This document shows positions 25,801-38,504 of a stretch of DNA of 64,000 nucleotides, piece after piece. The position numbers and the translations under genes are program-made. How positions within the stretch are numbered: position 1 is the stretch's first letter; each line of letters begins with the position of its first letter. A model generated the notes under the pieces. It made no database searches, had not been told where the DNA came from, and was given only the letters and a program-made list of their open reading frames with translations. Source of the stretch: Macrostomum lignano (taxonomy: Eukaryota); contig NIVC01002571.1 in assembly GCA_002269645.1 (NCBI GenBank), positions 62,001 to 126,000 of the forward strand, read 5' to 3'.

Positions 25801-28800
25801 AGGGAGAGAAGAGGAACTCTCATAGAGAGAGAAGAGGAATTGTCATAGAGAGAGAAGAGGAATTCTCATAGGGAGAGACGAGGAATTCTCATAGGGAGAG
25901 AAGAGGAATTCTCATAGAGAGAGAGAAGAGGAATTATCATAGGGAGAGAAGAGGAATTATCATAGGGAGAGAAGAGGAATTCTCATAGGCATTGAAGGGC
26001 AATCCTCATAGGGATAGAATGCGAATCCTCATAGGGAGAGAAGAAGAATTCTCATAGGGAGAGAAGAGGAATTCTCATAGGGAGAGAAGAAGAATTCTCA
26101 TAGGGAGAGAAGAGGAATTCTCATAGGGAGAGAAGAGGAATTCTCATAGGGATAGAAGAGGAATTCTCATAGGGAGAGACGAGGAATTCTCATAGGGAGA
26201 GAAGAGGAATTCTCATAGAGAGAGAAGAGGAATCCTCATAGGGAGAGAAGAGGAATTCTCATAGGGAGAGAAGAGGAATTCTCATAGGGAGAGACGAGGA
26301 ATTCTCATAGGGAGAGAAGAGGAATCCTCATAGGGAGAGAAGAGGAATCCTCATAGAGAGAGAAGAAGAATTCTCATAGGGAGAGAAGAGGAATTCTCAT
26401 AGGGAGAGAAGAGGAATCCTCATAGGGAGAGAAGAGGAATCCTCATAGGGAGAGAAGAGGAATCCTCATAGGAAGAGAAGAGGAATTCTCATAGGTATAG
26501 AAGGGGAATCCTCGTAGGTATAGAAGGGGAATTCTCATAGGGAGAGAAGAAGAATTCTCATAGGGAGAGAAGAGGAATTCTCATAGAGAGAGAAGAGGAA
26601 TTCTCATAGGAAGAGAAGAGGAATTCTCATAGAGAGAGAAGAGGAATTCTCATAGGGGAAGAAGAGGAATTCTCATAGGGATAGAAGGGGAATTCCCATA
26701 GGTATAGAAGGGGAATCCTCGTACGTATAGAAGGGGAATTCTCATAGGGAGAGAAGAGGAATTCTCATAGAGAGAGAAGAGGAATTCTCATAGGGAGAGA
26801 AGAGGAATTCTCATAGGGAGAGAAGAGGAATTCTCATAGGGAGAGAAGAGGAATTCTCATAGGGAGAGAAGAGGAATTCTCATAGGGAGAGAAGAGGAAT
26901 TCTCATAGGGAGAGAAGAGGAATTCTCATAGGGAGAGAAGAGGAATTCTCATAGGGAGAGAAGAGGAATTCTCATAGGGAGAGAAGAGGAATTCTCATAG
27001 GGAGAGAAGAGGAATTCTCATAGAGAGAGAAGAGGAATTCTCATCGGGAGAGAAGGGGAATCCTCATAGGGAGAGAAGAGGAATTCTCATAGGGAGAGAA
27101 GAGGAATTCTCATAGGGATAGAAGAGGAATTCTCATAGGGAGAGACGAGGAATTCTCATAGGGAGAGAAGAGGAATTCTCATAGGGATAGAAGGGGAATT
27201 CCCATAGGTATAGAAGGGGAATCCTCGTACGTATAGAAGGGGAATTCTCATAGGGAGAGAAGAGGAATTCTCATAGAGAGAGAAGAGGAATTCTCATAGG
27301 GAGAGAAGAGGAATTCTCATAGGGAGAGACGAGGAATTCTCATAGGGAGAGAAGAGGAATCCTCATAGGGAGAGAAGAGGAATCCTCATAGAGAGAGAAG
27401 AAGAATTCTCATAGGGAGAGAAGAGGAATTCTCATAGGGAGAGAAGAGGAATCCTCATAGGGAGAGAAGAAGAATTCTCATAGGGAGAGAAGAGGAATTC
27501 TCATAGGGAGAGAAGAGGAATTCCCATAGGGAAAGAAGGGGAATCCTCATAGAGAGAGAAGAGGAATTCTCATAGGGAGAGAAGAGGAATTATCATAGGG
27601 AAAGAAGGGGAATCCTCATAGGGATTGAAGGGCAATCCTCATAGGTATAGAATGCGAATCCTCATAGGGAGAGAAGAGGAATTCTCATAGGGAAAGAAGG
27701 GGAATCCTCATAGGGAGAGAAGAGGAATTCTCATAGGGAAAGAAGGGGAATCCTCATAGGGATAGAAGGCGAATCCTCATAGGGATTGAAGGGTAATTCT
27801 CAAAGGGAGAGAAATGAAGACATGATAATGACACAGGGGATTCCTGTTGAAGATATTAAGGCGATCCCTAGTAAGTGACACGCAGAACACGCATTTCGGC
27901 GGCGGTCACAAAGTGCACTTAAACGCACCTAGCTGCACCTCCATCTGTTGCACTGACGCTCATGACACCGGCGCCGGTTCTGCTGCCGAATCCCTTGCCT
28001 TCCAGGTCCTTCTGTTAAACAGGAGCGCAGACAGTGATCAATCGGCCTTGCGCTAATGTACAAAAATAAAGAAATAAAAAAGACAGGAAACTGGTCACCA
28101 ACCAGTGAGCAGGCGGCACTGCTGGCGCTCGTGCTGGGGCTGAAGTGCCGCGTCACCAGGTCGAGCCGGAAGCGGCGCTTTTTGTCGCCGCCGCTGGCCA
28201 GAGAGGAGATGGAGCGGGACTTCCGCATGGGCTTGACGGGCTGGCCAACTGATGCGGCCTGAGGGTCCGCGCCGCCGCCTCCGTTGCAGCTGGTCAGGTC
28301 CTGCGGCACGGTGGGGTCTCAGCTATTTATCCAGTGCTAACAGCCAGTCTGAGCTATTTATCCAGGGCTAACAGCCAGTCTCAGCTATTTATCCAGGGCT
28401 AACAGCCAGTCTCAGCTATTTATCCAGGGCTAACAGCCAGTCTCAGCTATTTATCCAGTGCTAACAGCCAGTCTGAGCTATTTATCCAGGGCTAACAGCC
28501 AGTCTCAGCTATTTATCCAGGGCTAACAGCCAGTCTCAGCTATTTATCCAGGGCTAACAGCCAGTCTCAGCTATTTATCCAGTGCTAACAGCCAGTCTCA
28601 GCTATTTATCCAGGGCTAACAGCCAGTCTCAGCTATTTATCCAGGGCTAACAGCCAGTCTGAGCTATTTATCCAGGGCTAACAGCCAGTCTGAGCTATTT
28701 ATCCAGTGCTAACAGCCAGTCAGCTATTTATCCAGGGCTAACAGCCATTTATCCAGGGCTAACAGCCAGTCTGAGCTATTTATCCAGTGCTAACAGCCAG

Positions 28801-31800
28801 TCTGAGCTATTTATCCAGTGCTAACAGCCAGTCAGCTATTTATCCAGGGCTAACAGCCATTTATCCAGGGCTAACAGCCAGTCTAAGCTATTTATCCAGG
28901 GCTAACAGCCAGTCTGAGCTATTTATCCAGGGCTAACAGCCAGTCTGAGCTATTTATCCAGTGCTAACAGCCAGTCAGCTATTTATCCAGGGCTAACAGC
29001 CATTTATCCAGGGCTAACAGCCAGTCTGAGCTATTTATCCAGTGCTAACAGCCAGTCTGAGCTATTTATCCAGTGCTAACAGCCAGTCAGCTATTTATCC
29101 AGGGCTAACAGCCATTTATCCAGGGCTAACAGCCAGTCTGAGCTATTTATCCAGTGCTAACAGCCAGTCTGAGCTATTTATCCAGGGCTAACAGCCAGTC
29201 TGAGCTATTTATCCAGGGCTAACAGCCAGTCTGAGCTATTTATCCAGGGCTAACAGCCAGTCTGAGCTATTTATCCAGGGCTAACAGCCAGTCTGAGCTA
29301 TTTATCCAGTGCTAACAGCCAGTCTGAGCTATTTATCCAGTGCTAACAGCCAGTCTGAGCTATTTATCCAGGGCTAACAGCCAGTCTGAGCTATTTATCC
29401 AGGGCTAACAGCCAGTCTGAGCTATTTATCCAGGGCTAACAGCCAGTCTGAGCTATTTATCCAGTGCTAACAGCCAGTCTGAGCTATTTATCCAGGGCTA
29501 ACAGCCAGTCTAAGCTATTTATCCAGGGCTAACAGCCAGTCTGAGATATTTATCCAGTGCTAACAGCCAGTCTGAGATATTTATCCAGTGCTAACAGCCA
29601 GTCTGAGCTATTTATGCAGGGCTAACAGCCAGTCTGAGCTATTTATCCAGGGCTAACAGCCAGTCTGAGCTATTTATCCAGTGCTAACAGCCAGTCTGAG
29701 CTATTTATCCAGGGCTAACAGCCAGTCTAAGCTATTTATCCAGGGCTAACAGCCAGTCTGAGATATTTATCCAGTGCTAACAGCCAGTCTGAGATATTTA
29801 TCCAGTGCTAACAGCCAGTCTGAGCTATTTATGCAGGGCTAACAGCCAGTCTGAGATATTTATCCAGGGCTAACAGCCAGTCTGAGCTATTTATCCAGGG
29901 CTAACAGCCAGTCTGAGCTATTTATCCAGGGCTAACAGCCAGTCTGAGCTATTTATCCAGGGCTAACAGCCAGTCTGAGCTATTTATGCAGGGCTAACAG
30001 CCAGTCTCAGCTATTTATCCAGGGCTAACAGCCAGTCTGAGCTATTTATCCAGGGCTAACAGCCAGTCTGAGCTATTTATCCAGTGCTAACAGCCAGTCT
30101 GAGATATTTATCCAGTGCTAACAGCCAGTCTGAGCTATTTATCCAGGGCTAACAGCCAGTCTGAGCTATTTATCCAGGGCTAACAGCCAGTCTCAGCTAT
30201 TTATCCAGGGCTAACAGCCAGTCTGAGATATTTATCCAGGGCTAACAGCCAGTCTCAGCTATTTATCCAGGGCTAACAGCCAGTCTGAGATCTTTATCCA
30301 CACACCAGTATCTCAGCGCACTCGTCCCTCAGCCGGGTCGCCTTGTCCACCAGCTGCTGCAGCATGGCGTCCACCTGAGCCAAGGAGGTCTGGTCGGCAG
30401 TCTCAGGATGGTGCTGATAGGTCTGACGCAGCTTCTTCAGGCCCTCACTGTGGGAGATTAATTCATTAAACCACATGAAGACAGTTTGTGTTCGTCCGCC
30501 GGAGAATTCATTGAAACAAGACACTCACATCTCTTTCATAGCCTTCTGCAGGTCCGCCTCCTTGTCCTTGAGCTGTTCCTCGAGCTTGCGCTTCTGCTGT
30601 GCTGGCCCGAGCTGGAGAAGAAACACAGATAAGAAATGAAGCCAATTAACAGTAGAGCTACTGGGGGGGGGGCGTTGGGGTGATGACGGAATGCCTGAGA
30701 GACCAGCTGAGGATGTCCAGCAGTTGAGGCTTGATCAGCGAAACTAGAGAAATTCGAATCAGAGTGTCAATAGTCTCCTGGTGCCACCTGTTGAAGGTTC
30801 AGAAGCTCCGCCTGGGTGAAGGCCAGTGACCAACGAAGTCAGAGCTGATGCAGACACATGTGGTCGACGTGCTGATGAAATTTGGAGACTTGGCAAGGCC
30901 GCACTGAGGCGCAGTGCTGATTGGCGCACAGGGGTTGTACTGAATACACTGGCGCTTATGGGAAAAATCCGACCTTCTGGCAGAATCGTCGAATATCTCG
31001 ACGGTTCGGAGGGCTGGCGACTTGATTCTTGTTTGAGGCGAGCAAAAAAGGCGATACAAAAAACCTTTGATACTACTACCGAAAGGAATAATCGGTAAGT
31101 AGTATGCTACTCAGAACATTAATATGAAATAAAAATTTCTAACCCACCGCTTTGCTTGACCGCAGCGTGCTGAACAGCCTGGCTGCCCTGTGACTCCGCG
31201 GCGGAGTGGCGTGCTGCAGCGACACCGAGTCCCCGTCCGCCGACAATGCGGAAGCCGCCGGCGAGCCGTCGGCAGCCGAGGCTGACAGATCCTCAAACGG
31301 AGCGTCGCCTGGCAGCGGATTCCCCGACGCTGTAACACGAAGAAATTCAGCAACGTCGCCATCGGCTGACACGGTCAGCGCCCGCTGCTGCAGACTCTTG
31401 GCGCAGCTCGCCTGCACGGCCAGCCGGTCCAGCTGCGCCTGCGCCCAGGCGCCGAACTCGCGGCTGCAGGCGTCGCAGAAACTGCGGTGAAGCTGCTCGA
31501 GGCCGGACAGCTGCTCAGGCAGGCCTCGCTGGATGAAGTCCGCCTTAAAGCGTGTGGAGAGACGGGGGTTCGAGTCCGCTCACTATTCACCTCCATTCTG
31601 TTGATCTGGTTCTATTAAACAAGCCGGGCAGACTGGCCGGTCATCGCCCCCCCCCCAGCCGGGCAGACTGGCCGGTCATCGCCCCCCCAGCCGGGCAGAA
31701 TGGCCGGTAATCGCCCCCTCCCCCAACCCCCCCAACCAGGTAGACTGGCCGGTCCCCCCCCCAACCAGGTAGACTGGCCGGTCCCCCCAACCAGGTAGAC

Positions 31801-34800
31801 TGGCCGGTCCTTCCCCCCAACCAGGTAGACTGGCCGGTCCCCCCCAGGTAGACTGGCCGGTCATCCCCCCCCCCCGGGCAGACGGGCCTCACCTGCACAG
31901 TATTGAACTCGGTGATTTCCTTGGCGTAGCCGTTGCGCCGGTCCTCGCACAGGTCAGCCTTGGCCCGGTAGGCCAGCTGCAGGCGCTCCTCCTCAGCGCG
32001 GGTCACATCGCGGCTCTCCTTGGCGGCAGCGTATTCTTCCCAGGCCCGACGCATGTCGCTGTGCGCCTTGTGGTACTGAGCTCGCGCCTGCTCCAGCTGG
32101 GCCCGGCTCCGTTCGACATCCTTAGAGCTGGCGGCTAAGCGCCGTTCTACCAGCTGCTCCTGTTTGTTCATTTCGCGAAGCCAGTCGCGCAGTTCGCGAG
32201 ACGAGCGCAGCAGATCGTCGCGCAGATTCTCGTGCTGATTGGCTAAAGCGGTGAGCTCGCTAAGCGAGTCTTCGAATGCCGTTTGCGCGGTGAATCTGCG
32301 TGACGCGGGCGAAGTATTTGCCTGCCTTGCATCGCTTCAGACAATGGGGCTGTTTGACGCGATTTTCGGGCTGTCCAGGGCGATTCTTGAGCAGGAAGGG
32401 CTGTCCAGGGCGATTCTTGAGCAGGAAGGGCTGTCCAGGGCGATTCTTGAGGGCAGGGGCAGTCCAGGGCGATTCTTGAGGGGTAAGGGCAGTCCAGGGC
32501 GATTCTTGAGGGGGAAGGGCAGTCCAGGGCGATTCTTGAGGGGGAAGGGCAGTCCAGGGCGATTCTTGAGGGGGAAGGGCAGTCCAGGGCGATTCTTGAG
32601 GGGGAAGGGCAGTCCAGGGCGATTCTTGAGGGGGAAGGGCAGTCCAGGGCGATTCTTGAGGGGGAAGGGCAGTCCAGGGCGATTCTTGAGGGGGAAGGGC
32701 TGTGCAGGGCGATTCTTGAGGGGGAAGGGCAGTCCAGGGCGATTCTTGAGGGGGAAGGGCAGTCCAGGGCGATTCTTGAGGGAAAAGGGCTGTCCAAGGC
32801 GATTCTTGAGGGGGAAGGGCTGTCCAGAGCGATTCATCAGGGGGGCTGTCCAAGGCGATTTTTTAGGGAAGGGGCTGTCCTGGGCGGTTTTAAATAGGGA
32901 CAGTCAGACAAGAGACTGTTCGCATTAGGGCAAAAAATATAATATATAGATACACAAAAATATATGTAAATCTTAAAAAAGCAATAAATCCGCATACAAT
33001 CGCAACATGCTGTATGCTAAATCTGCCAGCTGTTCTAACTCATCAGGAAGTTCTCTGCATAAAGTGTGAATTGGAATTCAGTCCAAGTCGCGTGGGATCG
33101 CAGACCGAGTAAGCTTTAAATATTTAGTTAGCATCTGTACGGCACATAAGCCAATACTTCTGGCACATTAAAGATGGCCACTTCCTGTGTACACGAGGCT
33201 GAATGCAAATTAGGGTCTCTCACCATGGTATCTTTCTATCTGAGCCTTGCGCCCGAAACAAGTAGATCAGTATCTATAGTTATGCAATGAGATACAAATC
33301 CAAAATGGTCATCGCCTGTACTACAGACTGTGTTCAGTTTCTGAGCACGACAAAAGTCAAACTAAAATAACATTGCAATCAATTTAAAAATACTTTAAAA
33401 ACAAATTATGCCAAGACCATCATAATTGATATTAAGGCACTCACTTGAACTTCTCCCTCTTGTCGAAGTCTTTTGGCTTGAACTCCTTGCATAGCTTTCT
33501 GTGGTAATGAAAAGGTATTTTAAGAAACATTACTAACAGGACCTTGCACTGTAATTAGGTGCTAATTATTATAGACTCACTTAATTTCCTTTGCATATTT
33601 CTCTTCAATTTTGCAGCGCCTCTCAAGAAAGTCAGAGCAATGCTTCAAAAAGTCAATGTTGTACTTAGTGAAGTTGTATAACTGTGGATTGTATGTGTCC
33701 TAAAACAATGAAAAAGGTCAATAAACTTAGTTGTTGTCATCATTTTTAGCCAAAATGTAAAAATCCCAAAAAAGAAATCACATAGCGAATCCTTTTTATT
33801 CAATTAAATACTCAAGACATTTTTTCTTTCTAAATTGTCAAGCCATAGCAATGTCTGCTTTTTATATCTTACTTTCTAAGTGGAATTTGATACAAAACAG
33901 TTCTAAGAATAAAAAAACAATTTTTTTAAAATAAAAAGATGAGCTAAATGTTATAAAGATGTTTTAAAGATTAGATAATAAGTAATCATTTTAGGTTTTA
34001 GATAGGTATTAATTCAAGCTTTTTATATATAGTATAGGCTAGAATCCATAGTGCGGAAAGATGTCTGTGTATGACAGAATGTAAATTAAAATTTTGGCTT
34101 GTTGTATGACAGTACGACAGGGATTGAAAAATGGTACTACTGGTGTACAATAGGGTACAATACCAAAACTTTAACTATTTTACCAATCTAAACTTGAAGA
34201 ATTTGGGTCTATGAAATTTGCTAGCACGAAATTTGCTTGCCAAAATCTGCTAGCCAAAATTTGCTAGCCGAAACCTGCTAGCCAAGGTTTGCTAGCCAAA
34301 ATCTGCTAGCCAAAATTTGCTAGCAGGAATTTGCTGACTGAACTTCTTGCAACCAGTGTCAAAAGATTGCTTGTTTTCTGGCAATGGCAATGCATTGTTT
34401 TAGCTAAAAAAATCCAGAGAAGTGGGTAAAAATTCCAAATATTTTATAACTAAAAGCATCAGCATCATTTCAAGTGCTTGGAAAGTCAGTTTGTCATTGT
34501 GGGGGACAGAATACTCTCAAGTTGCAATCAGATAGCTCATAGTAGGACAGTAATTGAATTCATTACTGAACTATCATGGCAAAATGTTAGCAAAGAAGGC
34601 TATAAATAGTTATTCTAAAAACACTGTACATTTGCTATGTACATTGAGCCCTACCACTTGATCCTTGGTCTGGGGGAAAGAGTGAGTGAGTAGCACAAAC
34701 AACAGAAAAAGCAGACAAACTTCACATGCCTACAGTTTCTGTTCTGAGGTACAAAGTTGAGACTTTATATTTAGACAGAGAATGAGTAAATGAAGAATTG

Positions 34801-36088
34801 TATCAAGTTTGAAGTCAATTGCTGTATGTGGAGCAAACTTATGGCAGCTGAAATTAGTTAATTTTAAACCCCTTTCACACATCCATCCAGTGGTCAGGAA
34901 GGAGAGAGAGGTGGAGGTTTGGGTGGCTGTCTTGCTGACAAAAAGCAGACTAACTTTAAAAGTACACAGTGCCATTCAGAATTAACTTCGAGACTTGAAA
35001 CTTTATACACAATTGTGTCAAAATAGTTGAAAATTGGATTGTGTCCAATTTGAAGAGGATTTGTAAAGGTAAAATTGGAGCAACGCTATAGAGGATTTAG
35101 TGAAATTCTTGCGAAACTGGACAAGCAAATTGTCTCTAGCTAATTACAACTTCCTGAGTTCGGCTAGCCAAATTGCTGCTTGCCAGTTTTGGTTGGATTC
35201 TTGCTAGCAGATTTTGGCTAGCTAAATCCTCACAAGCAAAATTCCTGCTAGCAACTTTTGGCCAGCAAAATTCTTGCTAGCAAATCTCGGCTAGCAAAAT
35301 CTTTGCTGGCAAAATTCGTGCTAGCAAGCTTTGGCTGGCAAACTTTGGCTAGCAGATTTCGGCTAGCAAACCTTAGCTAGCAAGTTTTGGCTAGCAAATT
35401 TCTCACTAGCAAACTTGTACTCCCAAAGAATTCTTTATAACTTAAAATTTAAAAATAATAATTTAAAAGTAATAATAGATTTATTAGTTTAGATAGCCTT
35501 TTTAATTTTAGCAAGAATTTAAGCTTAGCATTATGAAAACAAATTATTTATTATTATAATAATACATTTAGATTTTAGCAATTCAAATTAACTTTAGCAA
35601 GAAAAAACCAGCACTAAGTTTTCAACTTTCCCAATACAAAAGTTTAAAAAATCCATTTTATTAAATTAAATACAAAAGTGAAATCACTATAAACTATAGA
35701 TATAAATATCTTAGACTACAAGCTATAATCATTTATTAAAGTATACAAGATATTATTAAAAAGTTTATACAGGGATGTGTTATTCATTTCATAAGCCTAT
35801 ATCCTTAATTTTTATCCATTTATTTATCAATCTTGTCATTTTATTTATATTGTATTATCATTGCAATGTAAAATTTGATGTTTAAATTTTTAACTTATTA
35901 AAAAAACATTCAAATTTGAAGAGATATTTAAAGTATCATAGTTATTAAGTAGCGAAGTGCAAAACATAACTCCACCTTTTAATGTAAAAAAATGCCAATT
36001 AGAAAGGTTAAATTTGTAAACTAAGTCTAAACAGGGATGTTTGTCAGCATACCCAAAGTCTGTTGTCCCACGTTGAAGTAGCTGTCAT
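22819..36088 (-). CDS. FNBP1: F-BAR + HR1 + SH3 protein of the FNBP1(FBP17)/CIP4/TOCA-1 family, ~605-613 aa
   Basis: Exons 36088-36053, 33699-33581, 33498-33445, 32295-31893, 31543-31148, (30811-30788 candidate), 30611-30529, 30447-30306, 28300-28103, 28011-27929 and 23122-22819; GT-AG and phase-consistent. F-BAR: FLERRCKIEEKYAKEIKKL, ANQHENL. HR1: LGPAQQKRKLEEQL...EGLKKLRQTYQHHP. SH3: MLYDFA...WSLVRR...GYVPTAYYEYV. Orthology within the family is unresolved. Confidence 0.87.
23168..27810. repeat. 4.6-kb 23-bp satellite (GGGAGAGAAGAGGAATTCTCATA)n filling the last FNBP1-like intron
   Basis: About 200 copies; most units carry GAATTC. Confidence 0.97.
28315..30300. repeat. 31-bp minisatellite (GCTATTTATCCAGGGCTAACAGCCAGTCTGA)n
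   Basis: Fills the intron between FNBP1-like exons 30306 and 28300 almost edge to edge. Confidence 0.96.
31620..31885. repeat. C-run-containing repeat (CCAACCAGGTAGACTGGCCGGTCCCCC)n
   Basis: Directly visible in an FNBP1-like intron. Confidence 0.85.
32365..32885. repeat. 30-bp minisatellite (AGTCCAGGGCGATTCTTGAGGGGGAAGGGC)n
   Basis: Directly visible; gives the 10-aa repeat ORFs 32239-32928. Confidence 0.93.
34214..35415. repeat. Inverted modular arms made of ~15-bp GCTAGC-core subrepeats (foldback-like), FNBP1-like intron 1
   Basis: The left arm (~34214-34336) has units such as CTGCTAGCCAAAAT; the right arm (~35160-35415) has their reverse complements ATTTTGGCTAGCAG. Confidence 0.7.
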
Positions 36089-37129
36089 TTTCGTGCCGTG
36101 CCTCTTATATTATAGGTTTAAATAATTTTGGTGTTCAAATTAGTTATTAAAAGTAAAGTATTCTACGGTGCTGTCGGTGCACGACTAGAAACAGGAAATA
36201 ATTTTATCGTTGTAAAAAGGCTGAAAATATTATTTCAAGTGTCACAAAGAGGAATCTCCTAAGTTATATAAACCATTCTTATCCGCTAAAAATATCTAAT
36301 TAATTTTTCTTTCTGACCGTTCTTTCACAGTGAATTGCGTATGACACTTAAGAAGTAATAACCACAGCTTGAGTTTTAAGGGCGGGCCGATTTTCATTTC
36401 TTGGCAATAAGCCTATTTGAATTCACATTAAGGTGAAGATTAAATTAGTTTTTTTACGGATTTAAAAACAGTCTGGTTTAATTTGTTTTGAATTTTCTTA
36501 TTATACAGTTATAGCTTTTAATAAATACGGCTTCTAAAAAAATTTTGCGTTTGGTTTGGTTTAACGTTTAAATAATTTCACGTCGGTTCGTGCCGGTTTG
36601 TTCAAAATGCATATTGCAAATCTTTTTAGTCTGCACCTAATCTCAGTGCTTCTGAGAGGTGTCAGTGCGTGCTAAAAAAACAATAATAGATATTGTCTTC
36701 GGAAGTATCAAAGTACGATTTAACGAGGCTATAATTAAATTGCAATCGAGAAATGACAGCTTGGTACCGTGATACGTGTGAGACTTAGAAAAAATGCGTG
36801 TACATTACATGCACACATTTACATATGACTTCAGCAAAATCTTTAACTTCTGGTTCATCCTTGCTTTGCTTAATCACAATAATTTTAAAGACAATATGAA
36901 GTTCTCTCAGAAGGGCTAATATAATATATTTGGAAATTCGGAAACTGTAACGGTTTTTTGTAATATAGGCATGCCACGGCATTAGTGAACTACTACATTA
37001 CTGGAGTAATTACTTGTTAATTTATCAATGGTTTTAATTTAGAGGGATTCAGAAAGTAGCATACTTGTGGGTAGCCTGTTCAGCTAAATGTAGCTGCACG
37101 AAGTTGCAAAGCCATAATGTCAAATTGAC

Positions 37130-37954
37130 TCACAGTGATGTGCCTTTCAGCCAACGCCAAATATATAGAAAAAGATTTAAAACGTTGCACATGAAGGAAC
37201 AACAGACAGATACGCCAACAAAAATGGTGTAATAGTTTTGAAAACACAACTCTTGTCTGCTCAGAGTTTTGTACGGTAATAAATTCATTATGTCAGCATC
37301 GGAGCCGCGCAGAGTTCCATATCTGTCTCCATGGTACAGCCGCACTTGATCGTTGGCTTTAGCTATGCTGCACCTGGCCGCATAGCCCATAAATAGCGAG
37401 ATTAGAAACAAAGCAAAGTAGGCCGTGATGGCAATCTGGACACCGGCAATCAGGCAGAATGCTCGCTTCTCCGCATTGCGAAAGCTTTGCATCCTGGACG
37501 TGCGAAAGTCCAACAGGAGAACGCGGAGGCAGCAGTGCTGACACACGCCCGATCGTGGTCGGGTCACGGCCGGCTCGGGAGTCGCCTTCAAGCTGTCCTC
37601 AGCATCGCTAATGGCGGGCTCTTCGTGGTGCCGGGCAGCAGTTTCTGGGGTGTCGGGACAGCAGCAGGCATTGTTGCACCAGGCGCTACAGAGACCGGCT
37701 GCCACTGCGTACAGCCATCCGAGCAACAGAGGCCATACCGTCTGGAAGATGGCGTGGAAGGCTAAGAACACGTTGCACACCGGAAGGCTGTCCTCGTTGA
37801 TGCCCGAGTCCTTCGCGTCAATCTTGAGGTAGAGCGGGCAGATGCCCTCAAACTTAGTGAAAATCTCTAAGGCGAAGACAATCGTGAAGATCAGGCCAGC
37901 AGTGAAGTTGAACAAGTAGATGGCAGTGTGAAGAGTGCCGATTTTAATGCTCAT
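37130..37954 (-). CDS. TMEM179-like four-transmembrane protein, 274 aa, single coding exon
   Basis: Four hydrophobic segments. TM1 is followed by FEGICPLY and a second Cys before TM2, resembling the TMEM179 F-x-G-x-C-x-L-[FY] signature (recalled, not searched). Confidence 0.65.
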   Translation of the reverse strand: MSIKIGTLHTAIYLFNFTAGLIFTIVFALEIFTKFEGICPLYLKIDAKDSGINEDSLPVCNVFLAFHAIFQTVWPLLLGWLYAVAAGLCSAWCNNACCCPDTPETAARHHEEPAISDAEDSLKATPEPAVTRPRSGVCQHCCLRVLLLDFRTSRMQSFRNAEKRAFCLIAGVQIAITAYFALFLISLFMGYAARCSIAKANDQVRLYHGDRYGTLRGSDADIMNLLPYKTLSRQELCFQNYYTIFVGVSVCCSFMCNVLNLFLYIWRWLKGTSL

Positions 37955-38504
37955 TTTTCTAGAATATCTGATTCAAATTTCTATATATTTGCAGGAACAG
38001 TGCCAAAAGTTTTTGTTATAAAAACTACACCAAATTGCCACTCTGGTCTGAGATTGCTGATTAATCAGACATTTGAACTTGCAGCTGCTTTGACCATAGA
38101 CAATAAAGCTACTACACACTGTGTTGTATTAACCGTTAGATTAAGGCATGAAAGCATCGATGATTATTATACCAAGAAATTTTATCGGGAGGAGAGGTAT
38201 ATTGTCTATGGTAAAAAGTGCTGGCTTATTGATGCACACTTTGGGGAAATGTGTTAATTTCTTTATTGCATACATTATTGAGCAAAAAGGAACGAAGTAG
38301 TCAATTCTTACACTGCTATACTACTTATTCTCGTAGTAGCTTAAAGGTACATGTACAAAACATCTACTGGTCTATATAATAGCAAATTTCTCCTTGTCCT
38401 TGTCGATGCTTTAGCAGTATAGATTTTTTAATCTCTCATTATAGTTACATTCATTGTTCATCTCTATCCACACATCCTACTAAGATTTAAACTTTAGGTT
38501 ATGA

